Under the pieces are notes generated by a model, which worked only from the letters and a program-made list of their open reading frames with translations, did not search any database and was not told the DNA's origin. A stretch of 64,000 nt of DNA from assembly GCA_044226325.1 (NCBI GenBank), contig JBGAHG010000033.1:12932-76931 (forward strand), in the 5' to 3' direction. The first letter of the stretch is position 1. Each line of letters begins with the position of its first letter. This document shows positions 48,233 to 56,907 of this stretch, one piece after another. The stretch is from Aggregatilineales bacterium (GTDB lineage: Bacteria > Chloroflexota > Anaerolineae > Aggregatilineales > Phototrophicaceae). The translations under genes were made by a program, and so were the position numbers.

Positions 48233-49138
48233 TCAGGTTTGTGTGACGAGCATTTCCATGATGGCATTTTGGACGTGGAGGAGGAAGTTCTTGGCGTCAT
48301 GGTTCCGGCAGAGCGGTGATTGCATCGCCTCAGTCGAGACTTCTTCGCCACGGGTGACGGGCGGACAGGGCAGGAAGATCGAAGCTTCTTTCAAGCCTGC
48401 GAGATGGGTGGCGGTAATCTGGTAAGGCAAAAACTGTTCGCGAATATGATCTTTGGCGGCTGCGTCTCTGGTTTTCGGCCAGCAGTCTGTGTAGATAAGG
48501 TCAACATTTTTCAAAGAAGCTGCTAAATCCGGACTGGTGCTGATATGTCCCTGTGCTTCGGCATTCAGGCCATTGAGCAGGGCTGGCGCAGCAAGATAAT
48601 CCTCAGGCGCAACCTGCGTAACGGTAATGGGCAAACGAACGGCAGCTTCCAGCCAGCTCATACACAAGTTACTGACTTCACCCACAAAAGCCACGTTGAG
48701 TCCATCGAGTGTGCCGCGATGGCGGCGGATGAACTGCAAATCGCCCATGATTTCACAGGGATGGCTGATCTCGGTGCGGGCGTTGATGACTGGAATGCTG
48801 GTGTGGTCGGCTAGATAAGTTAAATCGGCATGGTGGGCGGCACGGACGATCAGCAGCGAATACCAATTTTCGAGATACGCGCCAATGTCCTCCAGCGGTT
48901 CGTGAAGGCCGAGTTCGCCGGGGATATATGAGACCTGTGCGCCCATTGATTTCGCGCCAATTTCAAAGGCGAGGCGATTGCGGAAGCCCTGACCATAAAA
49001 CCAGAGGCCGACTTGCTGGTTAGCGAGTGACTGTGGCATCTGGTGATGTTCCCACAGGTCGTAGAGCACATCGGCACGATCTAAAATGTGGATGAGCGCT
49101 TCGTGGGAATAATCGAGTAGGGAGATGAAGTTTTTCAT
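48233..49138 (-). CDS. Divergent ornithine carbamoyltransferase-family protein
   Basis: PVINA...HPCE..GD, FVGE..N, YTDCW, PYQIT, CPPVTRGEEV; GFRNR replaces STRTR. Confidence 0.8.
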   Translation of the reverse strand: MKNFISLLDYSHEALIHILDRADVLYDLWEHHQMPQSLANQQVGLWFYGQGFRNRLAFEIGAKSMGAQVSYIPGELGLHEPLEDIGAYLENWYSLLIVRAAHHADLTYLADHTSIPVINARTEISHPCEIMGDLQFIRRHRGTLDGLNVAFVGEVSNLCMSWLEAAVRLPITVTQVAPEDYLAAPALLNGLNAEAQGHISTSPDLAASLKNVDLIYTDCWPKTRDAAAKDHIREQFLPYQITATHLAGLKEASIFLPCPPVTRGEEVSTEAMQSPLCRNHDAKNFLLHVQNAIMEMLVTQT

Positions 49139-49421
49139 GCTAGTGGTTCGTCGTTAGTTGATATTTGGGCAGTCAAAAAACAAAGCACATTCATCTATTT
49201 ATCCTAGCACAAATGTTTGCTGGACGGGTGACCAAAATGTAACTCTTTGCTGGTGAGTTTGCTAACCAAAACGAGGGAAACAGCGGTGAATAACAGTAGG
49301 GTGATGGTATATAAGAGGTTTGTGCCATTTTCGAGGGCGGTTGAACCCAATCTTTTAGGCTTTTTCACAACTTAAGACAGGGTTCTTGCGTAATAAGAAT
49401 GGGGAATGGAAGGACAATACC

Positions 49422-49901
49422 ATGACATCAGATCTGGATTATCGAGTAATACGCAAACGTGTCGAAGCCGGGATTGTGCAGCAAAAGTTCCGTACACGAA
49501 TGGGATTGTTCATCGGTAGTTTATTCATGTACATCCTGTTCATGCTTATTGGCTGGGGGATGTTTCTGGCTTCCGGCGGGCAAAATGTGCCGATTGTTGA
49601 TGCACAGGGTGATAGCATTCTGGTCGGTGCGATGGTTCTGTTGTCCATGTCAGGGTTTTTTGGCGTGTTGTTTCAATTTATCGCGCTCATGATGGAAACC
49701 AGGAGCGGCGAGGAACGTATTCGTGAGCGTTTGGTGGCACGCGAGATCAACCGTGAGATGCTGCGAATGGGTATGGATGATGTGGAAGAGCATGAGAAGC
49801 GTAAGGGGATGATGCGGCTGACGGATGATGGCGAGTTGGAAGAAGTCATCGAAGATACGGCAGCGCTGGATGAAGATGTGCCCTTGAAACAGAGACGGTA
49901 A
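49422..49901 (+). CDS. 2TM-domain protein with RLTDDGEL tail (array member 1)
   Basis: DYRVIRKRVE, 2 TM, REINRE, KRKGMMRLTDDGELEE; SD AAGGA. Confidence 0.85.
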   Translation: MTSDLDYRVIRKRVEAGIVQQKFRTRMGLFIGSLFMYILFMLIGWGMFLASGGQNVPIVDAQGDSILVGAMVLLSMSGFFGVLFQFIALMMETRSGEERIRERLVAREINREMLRMGMDDVEEHEKRKGMMRLTDDGELEEVIEDTAALDEDVPLKQRR

Positions 49902-49958
49902 AGCACCCTAGAACACATAAAAGGTATGACAGATACTCGTGGGCAGGATGGGGGAAAT

Positions 49959-50462
49959 ATGTCAGAGGAATTGGATTATCAAAGGATTAATGAGCGGGTT
50001 GAGGAAAGTGTTAAAAGAGATAAGCGCCTCGCCAAATATCTGCCATTTGTAATTAATGCGGTGCTGTTTGTTATCGTTCTGGTTATCGGTTGGCAAATCT
50101 ATTTGGGCAATGGCGGATCACTTCCAGGACTGGACGAAATCATTAATTTGCCGGAAATCCTAAGGTCCAGAGGAAACCCAACGACTGCCGCTTTGCTCAT
50201 ACTATGTGGTGGTTGGGCACTAGCCCTTTTATTTCAAGGAGTCGTGTTGATTATTGATACGCCGTTTGGCGAGCGGGCGATGCGCGATAAGGCGATGGAG
50301 CGTGAAATCCGGAAAGAAATGACGCGGATGAGATTGGCTGAACAAAAAGCGCCAGAAAAACGTAAAGGTATGATGCGGCTGACGGATGATGGTGAGTTAG
50401 AAGCAATTGATGATGTGGTGGAAATAGATGTAACCCCTATTAAACAGTATCGCAAGGTGTAA
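49959..50462 (+). CDS. 2TM-domain protein with RLTDDGEL tail (array member 2)
   Basis: DYQRINERVEE, 2 TM, REIRKE, KRKGMMRLTDDGELEA. Confidence 0.85.
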   Translation: MSEELDYQRINERVEESVKRDKRLAKYLPFVINAVLFVIVLVIGWQIYLGNGGSLPGLDEIINLPEILRSRGNPTTAALLILCGGWALALLFQGVVLIIDTPFGERAMRDKAMEREIRKEMTRMRLAEQKAPEKRKGMMRLTDDGELEAIDDVVEIDVTPIKQYRKV

Positions 50463-50510
50463 TCGGCAAGACGAATTTGGTATCGGGCAAGTCACAGATG
50501 GTCAAGCAGG

Positions 50511-51083
50511 ATGGGTACTATGACAGCAATCGAGATGCTCCCAAAGCGCAAATCCTACGGGATGTTTGTGTTTTGGATGTTACATACGCTCATGCTCATT
50601 ATTTTTCTGCTCCTCGCACTCGCCGGGTTTCAACTTCTCGTATCCAGTCTTTTTTATTTTGTGTGGATCGCTATTTGGATTTTTCATGGGTTTGTCGTTA
50701 TTTTATGGCCGCGTGACCGTGAAGTGACCGAGGATCAATCATTAGTCAATCGTCGTTTGTGGCGGCGGATCGTGTTGGGAGCGCACAGCGCGTTATATGT
50801 GGCGTTGGGGCCAGTCGTCCTTTTGAGTTGGCTGACGACACGACCACGTATTTTACCGCAGTCGGGTGAAGGTCAGAGTTTATGGGTTTATCCAGTGTGG
50901 CTGATGCTCCTTTTGGTACACGCTGGTTACGTGATGATCCGCGACAAACAAGACATACCAGCACTGATTGTTGTTAAAAAGCGCAAGCACAAGCCAAGCC
51001 CGAACAGGTTGATGGAAGTGGAACCCGAAGTCGGGCAGTGGGATGACAACGACGAAGTGTATTACCAGAAAAACAAGCGATAA
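50511..51083 (+). CDS. 4-TM protein (tandem 2TM-like modules) with a degenerate tail (array member 3)
   Basis: Two TM pairs each ending W....H[GA] (WIFHG, LLVHA); tail KKRKH...RLMEVEPE. Confidence 0.75.
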   Translation: MGTMTAIEMLPKRKSYGMFVFWMLHTLMLIIFLLLALAGFQLLVSSLFYFVWIAIWIFHGFVVILWPRDREVTEDQSLVNRRLWRRIVLGAHSALYVALGPVVLLSWLTTRPRILPQSGEGQSLWVYPVWLMLLLVHAGYVMIRDKQDIPALIVVKKRKHKPSPNRLMEVEPEVGQWDDNDEVYYQKNKR

Positions 51084-51103
51084 GGCCGATTGTGAGGACT
51101 GAA

Positions 51104-51475
51104 ATGTCTTACGATGATGAAGAACTTAAAGATATTAAGCGTCAGGTCGATCGAAGACTCTTAAGGTGGGGATCGGTAGGAGTAAACTTCGTAGCATGGT
51201 TAGTGGGCTGCGGTATTCTGGCGATTGTGGATGCAGCAGCAATCGAAATTATAGCGACGGCATGGTTCGGACTGCTGATATTACATGGGATGCTGGTTTG
51301 GATGTGGGAAAAGCGTGACCGTGACATCGCGGCGGAAGTGGCACGGCGTGAGCAGCTACGTGGCAGTGAAAAGCTCAAGCGCGACCGGTTGTACCGTTTA
51401 GCAGAGGATGGTGAACTGGTTGAGGTCGAGGATGACGCAGACCAAAATGTGGCGTTAAGTGACATTCATCGGTAG
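51104..51475 (+). CDS. 2TM-domain protein with RLAEDGEL tail (array member 4)
   Basis: ELKDIKRQVDRR, 2 TM (WFGLLILHG), IAAEVARRE, KLKRDRLYRLAEDGELVE. Confidence 0.85.
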   Translation: MSYDDEELKDIKRQVDRRLLRWGSVGVNFVAWLVGCGILAIVDAAAIEIIATAWFGLLILHGMLVWMWEKRDRDIAAEVARREQLRGSEKLKRDRLYRLAEDGELVEVEDDADQNVALSDIHR

Positions 51476-51542
51476 GGCAAAATGGCCGGCCTACGTTATA
51501 ATGATCTTAATGAGTTAGAAGGATTGTGGGAGTGTATGAGGC

Positions 51543-53177
51543 ATGGCGTTAAACCCGGGGCAGACAGTAGGTCCCTACCAGGTAATTGGTCAACTAGGGC
51601 ATGGTGGGATGGCAACCGTGTACAAGGCCTACCATTCCCGTCTGGATCGCTTTGTGGCGATCAAAGTCATGCACAAGGCGTTCACCGAGGATGCTGGATT
51701 TATTGCGCGCTTTGAACGTGAAGCGCAAATCGTCGCAAAGCTGGAACATCCCCATATTGTACCGGTCTACGATTTCAATGAGCTAGACGGTCAGCCCTAT
51801 CTGGTGATGAAATTTATTGAAGGGCAGACGCTCAAGCGGGTGCTTTCCGACGGTCCGATGCCGCTGACCGAGATCATCCGTGTGATGGATGATATGGCAG
51901 GGGCCTTGACCTACGCTCATCAACACGGTGTGCTGCACCGTGATATTAAACCTTCCAATATTGTTATCGATAATAAGGGTGTGCCGTTTTTGACGGACTT
52001 CGGTTTGGCGCGGGTGACGAAAGCCGGTGCTTCGACATTGAGTGCCGATATGATCCTCGGTACGCCGCAGTATATTTCGCCGGAGCAGGCCAGCGGGCAA
52101 GCAGAACTTGATCCGCGTACCGATATTTATTCCCTGGGTGTCATTTTATACGAGATGGTCGTGGGGCGTGTGCCTTTTAATGCGGATACCCCTTATGCGG
52201 TGGTGCATGACCATATCTATACCGATTTGCCGCGTCCGAGTGTGATTAATCCGGTGGTGCCGCCGCAAGTCGAAGCTGTTCTCATGAAGGCACTGGCGAA
52301 GAAACCGGCTGATCGGTACGACACAGCCATTGATATGATGACTGCGTTTAAGCAAGCGTGTGCGGATGCTGGATTAACGGCGCTGCCCGATAACCGTGAT
52401 AAGGTAGCTCAGCAATCCTTTGCGCGGATCGATAACGGTCTGTTAGAAGATTCGCCAACCGTTAGCACCGGGACACCAGCGAAAGCTGCCACACCTGCGC
52501 CGAGTATTCCATCTCCACTGCCGCCAAGACCGACAGCGCCTGTTCCTCCGCAGCCCATGTCCAGACATGAGGCCAAAGCTGCGCGGCGTGAGGCGCGGCG
52601 GGACAATCGCAAAGTCGATTGGGAGTTCAAATTCGATAACCAGGATGATTGGAAGAAGCTGGGCGACAAGATCAAGGAAAAGGTGGAACAAGGGGCAGGC
52701 TGGGCGGAGAGTCTGGGTTCGTCGATTGAAGAAGCGGCCAAGGAAGGTGCGCGGCAGGCGGCTTTTGCAGCTAATACACCGATTTCTGAAGAAGCCCGTA
52801 TCCGTGAGCGTATCGAGAAGAAATACAAGGAACGTTCGGGTTTAGTAGCCCATGCCATTCCTTATATTATCGTGAATTTTGTGCTGTGGTCGATCTATTT
52901 TAGCAGCGGTGCCGGATTTCCATGGCCGATGTTCGTGACGTTCTTCTGGGGTATTGGCTTTTTTTCGCACTTCTATGCCTATTACAGTAAGTATGGTGGC
53001 GGGGCTGTGCGGCGTGAAGAGGCGATCCAGCATGAGATTGAGCAAGAACGTGAGCGGAGCCTGAGCTACGAAAAACCCAAAAATGATGTGCGGATGCGTT
53101 TGACGGACGACGGTGAATTGGAAGAAGTGCCGGACGATGAAATCAGCAGGGCGGCAAAGCGTAAACGGAATATTTGA
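51543..53177 (+). CDS. Hanks-type Ser/Thr protein kinase with C-terminal 2TM module and RLTDDGEL tail
   Basis: GHGGMATVY, VAIK, HRDIKPSN, DFG, GTPQYISPE, DIYSLG; Pro linker; helical region; 2 TM (FPWP..WGIG..H); YEKPKNDVRMRLTDDGELEE. Confidence 0.95.
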   Translation: MALNPGQTVGPYQVIGQLGHGGMATVYKAYHSRLDRFVAIKVMHKAFTEDAGFIARFEREAQIVAKLEHPHIVPVYDFNELDGQPYLVMKFIEGQTLKRVLSDGPMPLTEIIRVMDDMAGALTYAHQHGVLHRDIKPSNIVIDNKGVPFLTDFGLARVTKAGASTLSADMILGTPQYISPEQASGQAELDPRTDIYSLGVILYEMVVGRVPFNADTPYAVVHDHIYTDLPRPSVINPVVPPQVEAVLMKALAKKPADRYDTAIDMMTAFKQACADAGLTALPDNRDKVAQQSFARIDNGLLEDSPTVSTGTPAKAATPAPSIPSPLPPRPTAPVPPQPMSRHEAKAARREARRDNRKVDWEFKFDNQDDWKKLGDKIKEKVEQGAGWAESLGSSIEEAAKEGARQAAFAANTPISEEARIRERIEKKYKERSGLVAHAIPYIIVNFVLWSIYFSSGAGFPWPMFVTFFWGIGFFSHFYAYYSKYGGGAVRREEAIQHEIEQERERSLSYEKPKNDVRMRLTDDGELEEVPDDEISRAAKRKRNI

Positions 53178-53373
53178 CGGTTGAGTGACCTGATAAACAG
53201 GTCTTAACAGGTAATTATTACAGAAATTATTACGAAATAACGTGGTTGAAATTGTCATTATTGTCGTGCTGTGCGATCAGCATGATTTGACGCTACCTGA
53301 GTGGCTCCATTTGCGTAATAGATTCTGAGAAATCAGCTTGCGAATGAGTGTAAGCAGCGAAGGGATGACGACA

Positions 53374-53772
53374 ATGGCGGAAGACTATGATGAGATACGG
53401 AAGCGTGTAGAGAAACGCTATAAGAAGCGCCAGGACTTGATGATCCATATCGCCAGCTATGTCATCACGAACTTGATGTTATGGTTCTTTTTCCATGACA
53501 CCTGGGTGCTGTGGGTGACGTTCGGATGGGGAATCGGTGTGGTTTCCAACATTATCGATTATTACACCAAATACGGGCCGGGTGCGCAGCGTAAAGAGGA
53601 CGAAATCCAGCGCGAAGTTGATCGCGAGATGGCGCGCCGGGGTGTTTATGAGAAGCCCAAGAACGATACGCAGATGCGGCTGACAGATGATGGTGAATTG
53701 GAAGAAGTGCCGAACGACGAAGAAGAAGATGCGGACATGTGGGCTGAGAACTCGAAGCGCCAAAATCTGTAG
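53374..53772 (+). CDS. 2TM-domain protein with RLTDDGEL tail (array member 6)
   Basis: DYDEIRKRVEKRY, H..SY..TN, WGIG, IQREVDRE, YEKPKNDTQMRLTDDGELEE. Confidence 0.88.
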   Translation: MAEDYDEIRKRVEKRYKKRQDLMIHIASYVITNLMLWFFFHDTWVLWVTFGWGIGVVSNIIDYYTKYGPGAQRKEDEIQREVDREMARRGVYEKPKNDTQMRLTDDGELEEVPNDEEEDADMWAENSKRQNL

Positions 53773-53787
53773 TCCTAGGGTGCGGCG

Positions 53788-54243
53788 ATGAGTGATGTGG
53801 ATCAATACGATGCCATTCGTAAACGGGTCGAGCAGCGCTTTCAACAGCGGTATGCTTTTTTTGCACATGTCGCGGTTTATACGGCGATCAGTATCGTACT
53901 GTGGCTCATTTATGGCTTCACCGCCAATATGGCTTGGCAAATTGCAGGTCGCTTTCCGATACCTGGTTTGTACACACTTTTGTCTTTCCCCTGGCCTTTA
54001 GTCATTATGGCTGGTTGGGGTATCGGATTGGTCGCACACGGCATGAATTACTACATTCGCTACGGCGAGGGTGCAGTCCGGCGGCGTGAAGCTATCCAAC
54101 GGGAAATCGAGCGTGAGATGGCGTTGAAATCCGGTTATGAGAAACCTAAGAATGACACTCCGATGCGCTTGACAGACGACGGCGAACTGGAAGTCATTGA
54201 AGATGATACGGTATGGCCGATGAAGCGTAAGCATCCGAAATAG
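53788..54243 (+). CDS. 2TM-domain protein with RLTDDGEL tail (array member 7)
   Basis: QYDAIRKRVEQRF, FPWP..GWGIGLVAH, IQREIERE, YEKPKNDTPMRLTDDGELE. Confidence 0.88.
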   Translation: MSDVDQYDAIRKRVEQRFQQRYAFFAHVAVYTAISIVLWLIYGFTANMAWQIAGRFPIPGLYTLLSFPWPLVIMAGWGIGLVAHGMNYYIRYGEGAVRRREAIQREIEREMALKSGYEKPKNDTPMRLTDDGELEVIEDDTVWPMKRKHPK

Positions 54244-54264
54244 CACAATCATATGGGCGTGAAA

Positions 54265-54669
54265 ATGGGTAAGCAACCTCTGGATCAGGATTACGCAGAA
54301 ATCCGCAAGCGGATTACCAACCGATACAACAATCGAGCCGAATTTTTCAGTCATCTGGTGGCATTTTTGGCTGCCAATGGCATTCTATGGGCACTGCTGC
54401 ATCCAGTGGGAACATGGTTCACTATCGCAGGGATTTTCACCGGATTGTGGGGTATGGGTCTGGTGATTCATTTCATCCAGTACTTGATGAAAGAGGCACA
54501 GGAAAGCGCTATCGAGCGAGAAATTGAGCGTGAACGGGCATGGCGGCGGGGTAGTGCCGACTTAGAAGAAGGTGAAATCAAACGCAAGCGTGACCGGTTG
54601 ACGCTTAATCATGACGGTGAACTGATGGAAATCGTAGAGGATGATGCGCCGGTACAGAGGCGGAGGTGA
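54265..54669 (+). CDS. 2TM-domain protein with LNHDGEL tail (array member 8)
   Basis: DYAEIRKRITNRY, WGMGLVIH, IEREIERE, KRKRDRLTLNHDGELME. Confidence 0.85.
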   Translation: MGKQPLDQDYAEIRKRITNRYNNRAEFFSHLVAFLAANGILWALLHPVGTWFTIAGIFTGLWGMGLVIHFIQYLMKEAQESAIEREIERERAWRRGSADLEEGEIKRKRDRLTLNHDGELMEIVEDDAPVQRRR

Positions 54670-54726
54670 TGCCTATGGTATCGACTTCAATTCAGAAAGG
54701 CGCGAACTTCGTTAATCAGCACCCTG

Positions 54727-55440
54727 CTACTTAGGGCAGATCGCATAGGGTGGAATACTGACATTTGAATTCCGGCGTTGGAGCGTATACCCATTCGTGT
54801 CACTCATATATTTGCTGAAGGTTTTGAACCCCATCCATGAATGAAGTTCGAAATTCATTGGTGTTGAGCAGGTCTGCAAAAAAGTTACCATCAGCATACT
54901 AATATGATTTTCGGGTTTGACAAAGGATTTCAATTTATAGGGGCGGGCTACAGCAGCAGTCACCCCAATGTCATCGAACTCCGTAACGAAATAATTACTA
55001 CCGGGTAGGCCAACATTGGGCGTTCCATAAGCTAAGATGAGTTCTCCTAGCGCGATTGAATCGGCTAAAGAACCCGGCACCGCCTGTCCAATGTCATCTA
55101 GATTATCAGTGAAGGTGATGTTATCAACCAGACCCTCTTCGGTACGACTAAATACTACAAACGCATTGGGGCCGGTTAACTGGAGTATGTGGTCATTTAT
55201 CCACTTTGCGTCGCGCGTCAGGGGATGGGAATTTAATATCTGCACAGCCTGCTCAACGCTGGTTTCGCCGGGTCGAATCCTGAATAAACAGGGACGATCA
55301 CAAGCTGAACCGTCCGGTTTTGCCATGACGGTTTTGAGGGGCAATGGCGGACGTAGACTGCCGACCAGACGCGTTCCAACGATCAACAGGAGAATGATAA
55401 AAGCGAAGAACCCAATCAGACGAAAGAAAAAGCGCGTCAT
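54727..55440 (-). CDS. Membrane-anchored hypothetical protein
   Basis: N-terminal TM, CDRPCLFRIRPGET motif, LGELILAYG.P. Confidence 0.75.
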   Translation of the reverse strand: MTRFFFRLIGFFAFIILLLIVGTRLVGSLRPPLPLKTVMAKPDGSACDRPCLFRIRPGETSVEQAVQILNSHPLTRDAKWINDHILQLTGPNAFVVFSRTEEGLVDNITFTDNLDDIGQAVPGSLADSIALGELILAYGTPNVGLPGSNYFVTEFDDIGVTAAVARPYKLKSFVKPENHISMLMVTFLQTCSTPMNFELHSWMGFKTFSKYMSDTNGYTLQRRNSNVSIPPYAICPK

Positions 55441-55667
55441 ATCAATCCATTCGATTATCGGACGAATGAATGACTATCATGATATTGACTAATATAATCA
55501 CTTATGAATTAAACGCAAGTGCGACAGCTTGACCCTGAATCGGGATGATCATCAGTGAATATGATGCACTGGTCGAAAGGCGGCGGTGACGCGGAGGAAT
55601 TCTATTAGCTCTAAAATAATATTGTGTACTATACTTGATTTATTCTTTTAGGCAAGGAGTCTGGCAT

Positions 55668-56273
55668 ATGGTTATGAATCCGGTTGCCGTAGTACAGCGC
55701 GAGAATGCCCGGTTGCAGGCTGAAAATGAACGCTTGCAAGAGGAATTAAACAGCCTGCGTGAGTTTGTACAAGTCTTGAATGATCTTTCAGAACGGGCAA
55801 AAGTGGCAACCAATGATGAAGCCCTCATGCCAATGCTCGAAGCAACGTTTGCTAAGGCGCTGGGACTGCTGAACGCGCCGGACGGGTCACTGCTGCTGCT
55901 GGACGAGGATACACAAGAGTTGGTCTTTATTCTGGTTCGCGGTGTATTGGCTGCCGATTTAAAAGGCTATCGTGTATCGGCACGTCAAGGCATTGCTGGC
56001 TGGGTAATTGAAAAGAAGGAAGCCACATTGGTGCGTGATGTGCGGCGTGACCCGCGCTTTTCGGAAGCGGTCGATGCGGCGTTTAAGTTCCGCACCCAAT
56101 CGATTGCGGCTGCACCCCTAATCGGTGACGGTAAGGTGTATGGATTGATCGAAGCACTTAATCAGCCCGGTGACGAACCGTTTTCCGATTCGGATCTGGG
56201 ACTGCTGCGGTTACTGTGTCGTTTTGCCGGAGAAATGCTGGCGGATGTCGAGCGCAGACAGCCGAGCGCATAA
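55668..56273 (+). CDS. Coiled-coil plus GAF domain protein
   Basis: Heptad N-terminus; GSLLLLDE, GIAGWV, DPRF...VD...FRTQSIAAAPL, GLIEALN, FSDSD; SD AAGGAG. Confidence 0.9.
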   Translation: MVMNPVAVVQRENARLQAENERLQEELNSLREFVQVLNDLSERAKVATNDEALMPMLEATFAKALGLLNAPDGSLLLLDEDTQELVFILVRGVLAADLKGYRVSARQGIAGWVIEKKEATLVRDVRRDPRFSEAVDAAFKFRTQSIAAAPLIGDGKVYGLIEALNQPGDEPFSDSDLGLLRLLCRFAGEMLADVERRQPSA

Positions 56274-56312
56274 AAGTTTTAAGAGGTCAGTTACAAGTTT
56301 TTGGACATAAAC

Positions 56313-56348
56313 AAAACAGGGTGCCATTTTCGGTTGCACCCTGTTTTT
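56313..56348. terminator. Bidirectional terminator between the GAF gene and ndk
   Basis: AAAACAGGGTGC...GCACCCTGTTTT. Confidence 0.8.
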
Positions 56349-56369
56349 GTTTACATTTCTGTCAGCGGT

Positions 56370-56819
56370 TTATTCGAAGATCCAGGGATCGGTGTTACGC
56401 GGCCATGAATTAAGTTCGGCGTCGGTGAAGAAGTTGGCGACTTCGATTTGACCGTTTTCGACACTATCCGAACCATGGACGAGGTTGCGTCCGATTTCGA
56501 GGGCAAAATCCCCGCGAATGGTACCGGCTTCGGCTTCCTGCGGCTTGGTCGCGCCGATGGTCTTACGGGCAGCGGCGACAGCATTTGTGCCTTCGAGGGC
56601 GATCACGACCACCGGTGAGGAGGTGATATAGCTGACCAAACCATTAAAGAAGGGTTTGCCAGCATGAACCGCGTAATGCTTTTCGGCGAGTGCCTGTGAG
56701 ATCTTCAGAAACTTCATGCCGATGATACGCAGACCGCGTGCTTCAAAGCGGCTCAGAATTTCGCCCGTCAGACCGCGTTGTACGGCGTCCGGCTTAATGA
56801 TGATGAATGTACGTTCCAT
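56370..56819 (-). CDS. ndk: Nucleoside diphosphate kinase
   Basis: ERTFIIIKPDAVQR, HYAVH.GKPFF, GTIRGDF, RNLVHGSDS. Confidence 0.98.
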   Translation of the reverse strand: MERTFIIIKPDAVQRGLTGEILSRFEARGLRIIGMKFLKISQALAEKHYAVHAGKPFFNGLVSYITSSPVVVIALEGTNAVAAARKTIGATKPQEAEAGTIRGDFALEIGRNLVHGSDSVENGQIEVANFFTDAELNSWPRNTDPWIFE

Positions 56820-56850
56820 AGTAAGTCCTTTCGACAAGAGATAGACACAA

Positions 56851-56876
56851 TAAACGGGTCACTAACGACCCGTTTA
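56851..56876 (-). terminator. Hairpin after the TPR scaffold gene
   Basis: TAAACGGGTC-actaac-GACCCGTTTA, perfect 10-bp stem. Confidence 0.55.
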
Positions 56877-56907
56877 AATACGCGATGAACACTTTTAAGA
56901 GTGTCGA

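Noticed and set aside
49204-49222. LexA-like box (AGCAAACATTTGTGCTA on the minus strand) upstream of the transcarbamylase homolog
   Set aside because: Two mismatches to GAAC-N4-GTTC and no SOS-type gene downstream; not supportable without a genome-trained matrix.
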